A DNA stretch of 64,000 nt, from contig OZ024747.1 of the NCBI GenBank assembly GCA_964016885.1, positions 33,728,001 to 33,792,000 of the forward strand, in the 5' to 3' direction. Positions 1-10,744 of the stretch are shown one piece after another (within the stretch, counting starts at the first letter, position 1; each line of letters begins with the position of its first letter). The position numbers were made by a program, and so were the translations under genes. This DNA comes from Eledone cirrhosa (taxonomy: Eukaryota). Below the pieces are notes generated by a model. The model had not been told where the DNA came from, ran no database searches, and saw only the letters and a program-made list of their open reading frames with translations.

Positions 1-70
<70 letters not shown>

Positions 71-306
71 TATATATATATATATAATTATATATATATA
101 TATAATATGTACATATATATAATATGTATATATATATATATAATATGTATATATATATATATATAATATGTATATATATATATATAATATGTATATATAT
201 ATATATAATATGTATATATATATATATATAATATGTATATCTATATATATAATATGTATATATATATATATATATAATATGTATATATATATATATATAT
301 AACATG

Positions 307-356
<50 letters not shown>

Positions 357-408
357 GTATATATATATATATTATATATATATATATATTTTATATATAT
401 ATATATAT
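1..408. repeat. (TA)n microsatellite with TAATATG interruptions
   Basis: Visible directly; the YI-rich ORFs here are artefacts. Confidence 0.97.
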
Positions 409-577
409 GGACACACTAGAAGAGGAAGACCAAGGTTAACGTATGTTGATGCCCTAAGGACAGACACTGTTCTGTTGGGGACGCAGGACATGGCAGCGAT
501 AATGAGGGACAGAGACCGCTGGAGAGAACTCGTCCATGGATCTCAGGTCTTTTATCCGCCTTTGATAGATAGATGGA
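409..577 (+). mobile_element. 5'-truncated 3' end of an RTE-clade LINE (same family as 53318-56528)
   Basis: Encodes GHTRRGRPRLTYVDALRTDT...RWRELVHGSQVFYPP, nearly the same as the C-terminus of ORF 53318..54058; ends in a short (TAGA)n tail. Confidence 0.9.
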
Positions 578-589
578 TATATAAATATT

Positions 590-1298
<709 letters not shown>

Positions 1299-1439
1299 CA
1301 AGCAAATTATAAACGTAAACATGTAAGTATGTTTTTGAAACGGTGCGCGAGTTTGAAATTAGAAATTAGAAATTATAAGCTTTCACCGTATTTTAGACTA
1401 AAGAAATTTGTAGCCTGATAATATATATATATATATATA

Positions 1440-1920
1440 TTGGTAAACGGAATAGAAAATGCTGACAAATTGTTCACAGTTGAAAAATGGTTTAATTAGG
1501 AATAAAAGAGTATTAGTGATTGTATGGGTTAGTATTCAGTTGTGGTTTTAAGTTTTTAAGTTTTTACCGGTTGCGCATTTCTAAATGCTTTTCAAAAATA
1601 ATTTTGAGATAGAGTGTCCGTGCTGTTTGCTCTGATCTGATTAGTTTTGGGAATTCTACCTGTTTTTATGTTAAAAAAATGGCTCCAGCGTTATTTTTGT
1701 GTTGCAAAAATGCTTGTGGTCAAAACAATTTTGATTGGTCGGTAGAGGTCATGTGAATGTAAAAAGTTGATTTTGCGCCAAGACTGGTTTTATGTTAAAA
1801 TGTTAGAAAAGTGGCTCCAGCAAAAATTATTGGTCAAAACAATTTTGATTGGTTGGTAGAGGTCATGTGGATAAAAAATTGGTTTTGCGCCAAGATTGAG
1901 AAATGACTCTTTCACAACAA

Positions 1921-1956
<36 letters not shown>

Positions 1957-2025
1957 TAGTAGTAGTAAGGTGTTCGATGCTGCGACAATAGCCAGCAGCG
2001 ATGTGTGTCAAATGGCTATTAAGAT

Positions 2026-2059
<34 letters not shown>

Positions 2060-2600
2060 ACATACACACAGCAGAGTCATTCGAAGGTCAAAAGATATTT
2101 TTCACACACACACACATATTTGTTGTGAAAGAGTCATTTCTCAATCTTGGCGCAAAACCAATTTTTTATCCACATGACCTCTACCGACCAATCAAAATTG
2201 TTTTGACCAATAATTTTTGCTGGAGCCACTTTTCTAACATTTTAACATAAAACCAGTCTTGGCGCAAAATCAACTTTTTACATTCACATGACCTCTACCG
2301 ACCAATCAAAATTGTTTTGACCACAAGCATTTTTGCAACACAAAAATAACGCTGGAGCCATTTTTTTAACATAAAAACAGGTAGAATTCCCAAAACTAAT
2401 CAGATCAGAGCAAACAGCACGGACACTCTATCTCAAAATTATTTTTGAAAAGCATTTAGAAATGCGCAACCGGTAAAAACTTAAAAACTTAAAACCACAA
2501 CTGAATACTAACCCATACAATCACTAATACTCTTTTATTCCTAATTAAACCATTTTTCAACTGTGAACAATTTGTCAGCATTTTCTATTCCGTTTACCAA
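1440..2600. mobile_element. Foldback/MITE-like element with 498-bp inverted arms
   Basis: 1440-1937 is the reverse complement of 2103-2600 (only one mismatch noticed). Termini TTGGTAAACGG...CCGTTTACCAA; TA flanks; 165-bp spacer with (GT)n and (AGT)n. Confidence 0.88.
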
Positions 2601-2632
2601 TATATAACTTGTGTGTTACACCTCTATTCTTT

Positions 2633-2636
<4 letters not shown>

Positions 2637-2670
<34 letters not shown>

Positions 2671-2841
2671 GTATATATATATATATATTATGTATATATA
2701 TATATATTATGTATATATATATATATTATGTATATATATATATGTATATATATATATATGTATATATATATAATATGTATATATATATAATATGTATATA
2801 TATATATTATATATATATATATATGTATATAATATATATAT

Positions 2842-2878
<37 letters not shown>

Positions 2879-2940
2879 TATATATATATATATATATGTA
2901 TATAATATATATATATTATATATATATATATGTGTATATA

Positions 2941-2980
<40 letters not shown>

Positions 2981-2993
2981 TTATATATATATA

Positions 2994-3031
<38 letters not shown>

Positions 3032-3038
3032 TATTATA
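2637..3038. repeat. Imperfect (TA)n microsatellite
   Basis: Visible directly. Confidence 0.95.
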
Positions 3039-3083
3039 TTTCGTTTCTGAATTTGTTTAGCAATATTCTTTATCTGAAATCGT

Positions 3084-3931
3084 GTGTTGAAACCGATATT
3101 GTTATACTTTGCGGATTTGGTACGGGTGATGAGAAATGTGTCCCGCATGTACAACCCCGAAGAACTAGAGAGACACATACAACACTTCATCCACCGTATG
3201 CAGTTCTCTGGCTACAATCAGAGAGATAGAATCAGAGTGTATAAAGGAGCCAGAACCAAATGGGAAAAAATGGTAAATAATGACATAAATGGGACCTGCC
3301 CCGTGTATAGGAGCACATTTTGGAATAGAATAGAAAGAACTAGGAACAAGGCCAATAGAATAAACTCATGGTATGATAGCAATAAATACCAGAGTGTAAT
3401 GTTCATCAATACAACCCCTAGAGGCGAACTAGCCTACAAATTTAGAAGGGCCCTAAATAAAAATAATCTCAATATTAAGATAGTAGAAAGACCAGGTACC
3501 TCCGTAAAAACACTTATTAGCAAGACATACCGGTTCCAAAGACCCTCATGTATAGATAAGAAATGTATAACCTGTAAAATAAGCCCCAATATTAACTGTA
3601 AAACTAGAAATGTAGTGTATAGCATAAGATGTACTGAAGGACAATGTAGAAACAAAAATATAGTGTACATAGGTGAGACAGCTCGTAGTATAGGGGAACG
3701 AATAAATGAACACTGGCGAGAATCCAAGATAATAAAGAATCATCTGTGCTCTACCAACATGCTAAGATAGAACACAGGGGTAGATTTGAGAACATAGAAA
3801 TAAAAATAGAATCCACACACAGAAAAGACGCAATGTTTAGGCAAATTACAGAGGCAGTAAGCATAAAAGAATTAAAACCAAAATTAAATAGAAAATATGA
3901 GTGGAACAGCAACATCACAACTTACAATTAA
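3084..3931 (+). pseudogene. Penelope-like element ORF remnant: RT C-terminus, Cys-rich linker and GIY-YIG endonuclease, frameshifted near 3720-3750
   Basis: NVVYSIRC...VYIGETARSIGERINEH (GIY-YIG), upstream C-x4-C-x2-C-x7-C linker, continued in the next frame by HAKIEH...RQITEAVSIKELKPKLNRKYEW. Confidence 0.9.
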
Positions 3932-4161
3932 GGACAAAATGAAAACACACACAGGACAAAATGAAAACACACACACACATAGAACAAACAAACAACCAAC
4001 AATAAATAAATAAATAAATAAACAAATAGATAAATGAACACAAACACACACAGACACCCGGATGTGGCGCATGCGCAAACTGAGCACACAACACACACAC
4101 AGAAACAAAATGGCGTAGGATAGAAGAAAGGAAAGGCACAGAAACAAAGAAAGGAATCCCC

Positions 4162-4206
4162 AGTCACTGAAGAGGTCACAGAGTGTGTGACGAAAGGACT
4201 ATGACT
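4162..4206 (+). ncRNA. Minimal type I hammerhead ribozyme in the PLE 3' region
   Basis: agtca-CTGAAGA-ggtcac agagtgt gtgac-GAAA-ggac-TA-tgact. Stem I agtca/tgact and stem II gtcac/gtgac are perfect; stem III is vestigial. Confidence 0.85.
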
Positions 4207-4369
4207 ATATATAAACAACTATCTGGTTGTGGAAGCAACCAACCACCCAGAAATTTATAGGTTTGTAAATTTGTAAATTTATAAATTTATAAATATATAA
4301 TAAATTGAAGTGAAAGCATGTGGTGCGTGTGTTTCTTATTGGCAACATGACCCTCCCAAAGTATAACAA

Positions 4370-4394
4370 TATATATTATATATATATATATATA

Positions 4395-4436
<42 letters not shown>

Positions 4437-4492
4437 TATTATATATATATATATAATATATATATTATATAAATATAATATGTATATATATA

Positions 4493-4536
<44 letters not shown>

Positions 4537-4648
4537 TTATATATATATATATATAATATGTATATATATATATATATATATAATATATATATTATATATA
4601 TATAATATGTATATATATATATATAATATATATATAATATATATATAT
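4370..4648. repeat. Imperfect (TA)n microsatellite
   Basis: Visible directly. Confidence 0.95.
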
Positions 4649-4836
4649 GGTGAATTGTCAGTATCGGTAGAGGCTCGGATGCCATACTTTGACGCATAGA
4701 GTTACGGCCCTTGCCATTCTGAGTTCAAATCCCGCCGAGGTTAACTTTGCCTTTCATCCTTATGGGGTCGATAAAATAAAGTACCAGTGATACACTGGCC
4801 AATTGCTGGCCTTGTGCCAAATGTAGAAACAATTAT
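4649..4836 (+). mobile_element. tRNA-derived SINE family 1 (Meta/MESC-like core)
   Basis: A-box-like tgtcagtatcgg, B-box gagttcaaatccc, core gcctttcatccttatggggtcgataaaataaagtacc; many copies in this window. Confidence 0.88.
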
Positions 4837-4857
4837 ACATATATATATATAACATAT

Positions 4858-5118
4858 AGGCAAAATTAACCCCGGCGGGATTTGAACTCAGATCATAAAA
4901 GTTCGTTATTCTTTGCTGCAACGCATGGCGTCTGACCTCTAGTATCGGTAGAGGGTCGGACGCCATTCCTTGCTGCAAGGAGTTACGACGCTTTATGGTC
5001 TGAGTTCAAATCCCGCCGAGGTTAACTTTGCCTTTCATCCTTACAGGAACGATAAAATAAAGTACCAGTAATACACTGGAATAATTGCTGGCCTTGTGCC
5101 AAAATTAGAAACAGTTAT
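4858..5118. mobile_element. SINE family 1 copy (+, 4942-5118) preceded by an inverted copy of its own 5' half (4858-4941)
   Basis: 4858-4941 is the approximate reverse complement of 4949-5033. Confidence 0.85.
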
Positions 5119-5349
5119 ATATATATTACATATATAATATAATATAATTCAAAAATTAAGATAAATCAAAATGAATTTAATCTGAATCAAATTATGGGTG
5201 TCATGCCAGAAAGACATCCACCTTATCACCCGTTAAAGAAGCTCCAAGATTCTAATGAATAGGTCCGAGCATTTCATCACTAGAAATTGATTAACATATA
5301 AATAAACATATGAAACAATTACAGGGGATAATTTGTAAAAGTGTGTATA

Positions 5350-5354
<5 letters not shown>

Positions 5355-5440
<86 letters not shown>
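5355..5440. repeat. (TA)n(GA)n compound microsatellite
   Basis: Visible directly. Confidence 0.95.
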
Positions 5441-5442
<2 letters not shown>

Positions 5443-6128
5443 TAAGATTAATATATCTGAGGGTACAATGTACCCCCAGAAATGAGAGCTACCCGAATAG
5501 GTAAATATTTATATTATATTTTTTAATTTTGATTAATTTTAATTGTAAATTAATTATGATTTATTTTGAAAAATTGGTTGAATTTTACTTGTTCTGCTTA
5601 TCTTCATATTAAGTTCTGGTATATCAAATTAATACCATAGAACCACCTTGAATCATAGACAACCATGTATTTCTGGGGGTACATTGTACCCTCAGATAGA
5701 TTAACCTTACACTTTATTCTCCGATTATGTAGAGAAAAAATTCCGTCGTTCTATCTAGCTGCTAAAAATTTATTTTTTTGGTGGCGAGCATAGACAACAA
5801 GTCTACGATTTCCCGCCTTCACTATACACCAACGTATTTATGGGTCTCTTTCACGACCTTTCAGACCTGTATTAGTTGGAGTGAGGTCATATATTTTATC
5901 GTTCCTGGGGTTTTTAACCCTAGGAAAGGAAAATGCTTCTCTGATGATCTTTGCTTTTCCATTAATATCCATGTGATATTTAATGTTTTGCAAAGTGAAA
6001 CTGTACAGTAAGAGCTGCCCGAATAGGTAAATATTTATATTATATTTTTTAATTTTGATTAATTTTAATTGTAAATTAATTTTGAGTTATTTTGAAAAGT
6101 TGGTTGAATTTTACTTGTTCTGCTTATC

Positions 6129-6135
<7 letters not shown>
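5439..6135 (+). mobile_element. Retrozyme-like non-coding element B (526-nt monomer, 125-nt direct repeat, 45-nt 5' inversion)
   Basis: 5485-5609 repeats at 6011-6135, starting at the HHR cleavage site. 5439-5483 is the reverse complement of 5669-5713 (2 mismatches). Ends in (TA)n. Confidence 0.82.
5935..6015 (+). ncRNA. Type I hammerhead ribozyme with extended stem II
   Basis: gcttct-CTGATGA-t ctttgc...cattaatatc catgt gatatttaatg...gcaaag t-GAAAC-tgtaca-GTA-agagc. Palindromic actgtacagt; predicted cleavage after 6010. Confidence 0.88.
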
Positions 6136-6181
<46 letters not shown>

Positions 6182-6223
6182 TATTCAAAATATTAATAAA
6201 TGAAGACGTTCACATAATCAAAA

Positions 6224-6293
6224 TATGTTTTATTATATATATTTAGGAGGTACTGTGCTATTTTTTCAGTACGCCCTCATCAGATAAAATATA
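6224..6293 (-). ncRNA. Degenerate type I hammerhead motif (GAAA changed to TAAA)
   Basis: Minus strand: atattttat-CTGATGA-gggcgtactg...cagtacctcc-tAAA-tatata-TA-ataaaacat. Confidence 0.6.
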
Positions 6294-6810
6294 TGAATTG
6301 ACATACCTCAACTGTCTTGTTGGTTCAATTCCAGTATTGGCAGTGATTTATTATAACAAATCTCAATATTTATATACCACAAATAATAACATGATAAAAT
6401 TAAATATTATGAAGAAGAGGATGTGGAGCGAGATATAAGTATAAGACGGGTGAGTATGAAAAAATGTAAGAAGAAATAATTAAACACATACGTACATAAA
6501 TATCTAAATGCGTAAATATCCGTGTTAGGGAAGAAACGGAAGAGAGATGGAGATAGATAGAAAGAAAGAAAGAAGAAGAGAGAAAAAAGAAGAGAATATA
6601 GAAGAAAGAGAGAGAGAGAGATAGAAGAGAGAAGAGGGAAGACATAACTACAAAAAGGAAAGAATGAAAGAAGGAAAGAAGAAAGGGACATGATGCGTGA
6701 CCGTTGTTTTCAAATATTAAGTCAAATAGAAGCGACCAATTAAATATCGTGAAATGTTTAATATCTTTAGTATTTGGTTAGGTTGTCCTTCCCGTTCCGT
6801 TTAGCCATGT

Positions 6811-6860
6811 CCATTACGAGCTGAGGATCCGCTAAGGTGAAACAATTGTTCTCGGTATGG
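6811..6860 (+). ncRNA. Minimal type I hammerhead ribozyme
   Basis: ccattacgag-CTGAGGA-tcc gctaa ggt-GAAAC-aatt-GTT-ctcggtatgg. Stem I cgag/ctcg plus ccat/atgg; palindromic aacaattgtt. Confidence 0.82.
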
Positions 6861-7021
6861 TGAACTAACTGTTGTGTAAGCACTTCTACCTAACTCGTCC
6901 CATGAACTGAGTGCTCTACCACTACGCATGTTACCTTCCAGTGTTCTACCACTATATATATATATATATAGAAATATATATATATAAGAAGAAATTAAAA
7001 GATGGTTTAAAAAGTGCCATG

Positions 7022-7092
7022 TATTTTATTATGCCCATTTCAAAAACAAATATCATCCACTGACGATATTTGCGTTCTCATCAGATAAAATA
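7022..7092 (-). ncRNA. Type I hammerhead ribozyme
   Basis: Minus strand: tattttat-CTGATGA-gaacgcaaatatcgtc agtg gatgatatttgttttt-GAAA-tgggca-TA-ataaaata. Perfect 8-bp stem I and a long stem II. Confidence 0.85.
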
Positions 7093-7164
7093 GGGAGACA
7101 TGATATGAAGCTTAAAAAAGACACTACCTTGCTCACAAGTGTCTTTCAAACTACATTTCAAACT

Positions 7165-9900
7165 ACATGTGGGCTGGGTGCTTTTTTTGCCGTGGCACCT
7201 CCATGACCACTTTGCAGTGGGAGGGGGTGGGGCATATTGTCTATATGCTTCAGCTTCGGCTTGTTCCTGGGGGAAGTCGGGTCGTCATTTATCACCTCAT
7301 CCCAGGTCTTCTTGGGTCTCCCCACACCGTGGCTTCCATTGACTTCTAGTGCTCTGCACATTTTAATGCAGCTGTCATTCTTCATACACATCATATGTCC
7401 ATACCAACACTGTCTCCTCTTCTGCACACAGCATTTGATTCCTCTTATGTTCAGTCTCACTCTCACTTCATTTATGCTTTGCTATTCACGTATATTACTA
7501 TTAAACATCCATCAGAACATGCAAGCTTCGCTTAATTCTAATCTGCGCAAGTCTTCTACAAAGAGCGCCCAGGTCTTACTACCATGTAACATTGCTGTTC
7601 GTATACTCGCATCATAAAGTATGTCTTTCATTTTGAGGGAAAATCCTTTTGCAGCTGGCAGTGGTAGTAGCTCCTTTTAACTTCTTCCATCCCGTTCTTA
7701 CCCTAGTTATTGTACATTCCAAACACCCACGTCCATTCCAAACACCCACGTCCAGAGTTTGGTGGTGCTTGTTTCCTGTGGCCGTTTGCTGCTTGCTGTC
7801 CCAGTGCAGCTGTAACATATGAAGCCTACATTCTTAGTTAATCTTCCTGAGATCCCACTTCATCTCTTGTGTACCCATTGTTTGCATTTGGGGAAGTGGA
7901 TGGAGTTCCTACATACTGAGCAAGGCCATTTCCCTGAGGGGATCTGGGTTCTGGTTTCTCGTCTACTTACACGAATCTTTGTCTTTGTCAGGTTGAGTTT
8001 GAGACCGTTTCTTTCTAATACCTGCTTCCATGTTTGGAATTTCTTCTCTAGTTCTACCATAGATTCAGCTATAAGTGCAAGATCATCCGCATATAGGAGT
8101 TGCTATGGGCATCCCGTCTGAAACACCTCCGTTATTGCCTGCAAAACTATAATGAACAGGTGTGGGCTAAGAACAGAGCCCTGGTGGACACTGACCTCTA
8201 TGCTAAATTCCTCGCTAGAGTCATTGCTAACCTTAACTTTGCTGACTGCTTGTACAGCTTTCACAAGCCATTCATCTACTCCTAATATTCTAAGAGCCCA
8301 CCAGATTATAGCACAGGGGCTCTCTCAAAGGCTTTTTCCAGATCAACGAATGCCCGGTAGAATGGCTTTCCTTTAGCTAGGTACTTTTCCTGTAACTGCC
8401 TCACAAGGAAGAGGGCATCAGTGGTGCCTTTTCCTGGTACAAAGCCAAATTGCATCTCATCTAGTTTTACTCGGTCCCTAATCAACTGTGCTATAACTCT
8501 TTCCGTTACTTTCATGATCTCGCCCATCAGCTTTTCACCTCTATAGTTTCCTCTATCTAGTGCATCACCTTTACCTTTGTAGCAGTTGACAATGATGCTG
8601 CTGCACCAATCCTTAGGGATGATACCCTCTAGTATTTCCTGGTTAACAATTTGTGTGGTTATGGTGTGACCTACCAACCCAGATGCCTTCAGCATCTCGG
8701 CAGCTATACCCACTGGACTGGTTGCCTTCCGCGTCTTCATATCTTTGATTGCCTTACTTACTACGCTGCTGCTGACTTGTACTGCTGGCCCCTCAATAGG
8801 GTCCTCTTGGGGTAGGTTCTCATTTTCTCATGCATTCTGCTCATTTAGTAATATTTCATAATGGCTATTCCACGCATCTTTCTTCTCGGCACTTGTAAGG
8901 GCAAGCTCACCTTTTTTTTATTATGGACACACTTCTTTCCAATGACATCACAATTCTCTCTGACACACCTCCTGTTTCTGGTCCTCACGTTGCAAAACAT
9001 GCTTGAATTTTCTATCCTCCTCTTCCCTTCTAGCTAAGTATACTTGTTGCCTTCTGTTTCCAAGTTCGTCTAGTTTTGACAGGGAGGTCGCTGACAACTA
9101 AGTTATGTTGGGAGGTATATTCCTCACCAGGGAAGGCTTTTGTGTTTACAACCGTCCATCTATCATGCCCTCTGATCAGGATAAAATCTATTTGACTAGA
9201 ATGCTCCCCTGATCTATAGATGATCAGGTGGTTGTCGGATATTTTGAAGTTTGTGTTACATATTGACATGTCATTGGCGTTGCAGAATTCCAGAAGCCTG
9301 AAGCCTTCTTCATTTCTTGTGCCAAGCCCGTGGCCTCCATGGACTCTATAGAAGCCGTCACGGTGTTTACCTATGTGTCCGTTAATATCTCCTGCAATGA
9401 TTAGGAAGTCATTGTCGTTTGTTAGAGCAGTAGTGTGCATTAGGGACTCATAAAATATATCCTTAAGTTAGCCTGGCAACGCTGACTGGGGTGTGTAAGC
9501 TCATACTATTGTGGCAATTGTTTTATTCAGGACTAGACTGAATTCAATGATTCTTGCATTCACCCTGTTCACTGAGATTACCTTATCAACCCATTTGTCA
9601 GCCAATAGTATAACTACCCTCCCATCCCGTTGTCATTTCCCATCCAGAAAAATTTGTAACACTGACTTTTGCCTACAAGGACTCTAGCGGACTCTCCTCT
9701 CCATCTAGTCTCTTGCACACAGCATACATCAATTTCCTTTCACTCTAGCATCTCTACAATTTCTCCTGCTCTTCCTTTCATTGTGCTTAGGTTGATGGTT
9801 CCAACTCGAAGTTTTGGAGAATTGCCATCACTCGTAGGATAGCGTAAACTTTTGCAGGGGCGTATGCTTCCTGTCTCTGGATTAAAGCTTTGCATGGGTG
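7165..9900 (-). mobile_element. Near full-length decayed RTE-like LINE, family A (APE + RT + PHD-like insert)
   Basis: APE motifs (LRVGTINL, VQETRW, GDINGHIG, SQIDFIL) and RT motifs (KGDALDRGNYRG, QFGFVPGKGTTDA, FVDLEKAF, VHQGSVLSP, YADD); several stops and frameshifts. Confidence 0.93.
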
Positions 9901-10066
9901 TTTGGTAGCTCGCGGATTCATATTCATTTATTAATTTGGGGTTTTTCCATTTATCCTCAGCTCATCCATAGATATCATTAAAATAATAATTATTATTTAG
10001 TGCAGGGCTAGAAGGAAAGTAGTAGTAATGGCAGAGTTTGTTGGGACTGGTAAGGGCTAGGAGTGC

Positions 10067-10117
<51 letters not shown>
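10067..10117. repeat. (AGT)n microsatellite
   Basis: Visible directly. Confidence 0.95.
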
Positions 10118-10119
<2 letters not shown>

Positions 10120-10744
10120 CAGTGTTTGTTGGGGTTGATGAAGGGTTGAGGTTTGATTGGTCGAATAGCCTATGGTGGCAAGGTCTAGCTTCATAAAACC
10201 GGAATGAAGGAATGTGTGAGAGAGAGAGAGAACGGGATGTGATGGGTTAAGGGAGAAGCCTAATAACCAGTGTGGTGTAATTCGAAAAATTGATAATAAC
10301 AACAATAAAAATAAACTATGTGAACAGGACATTTTGAAATTGAGGAAGGTAGATACCTGCAGGAGAGGAGAAATAATATCTATGAATGACTAGGGACAGG
10401 CTGAAAGTATTTAGGAATCCATGTAGCCTTTCAGACATCAGAAATCTGTGTTCATACCATTGCTACATATTTTATATGCATTAACGTGAAAATTAATTAC
10501 TATCATGGCATCTGAATTATTTTCACTTCGCTTCCAGCTTTTTACTCATCTTCTCTATGTGTATCATTTAAACTCCACCAATGAATATTCTTCTAACAAT
10601 TACAAGAAGTAATAATACTATTAATGATAATGATGTACTGCCTTTTACTTCAACCCCAAAACATGCTCTTTTACAACTTTGTACTTATACCCTGCTTTGC
10701 TTGCATTCTTCATTATAAGCTTGCTACTGTCTAACATTTGATGA

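Larger units (their letters stand above)
3040..4370 (+). mobile_element. 5'-truncated Penelope-like retroelement inserted in (TA)n
   Basis: GIY-YIG ORF followed by a 3' non-coding region that contains an HHR; TA arrays on both sides. Confidence 0.82.

Noticed and set aside
68-319. YI-, CV- and HT-repeat ORFs here and at 2613, 4287, 31171, 40540, 47606 and 53005
   Set aside because: Translations of (TA)n, (GT)n and (TATG)n microsatellites.
5240-5300. CTAATGA...GAAA in a TA-bounded fragment
   Set aside because: No consistent stem I/III pairing on either strand.
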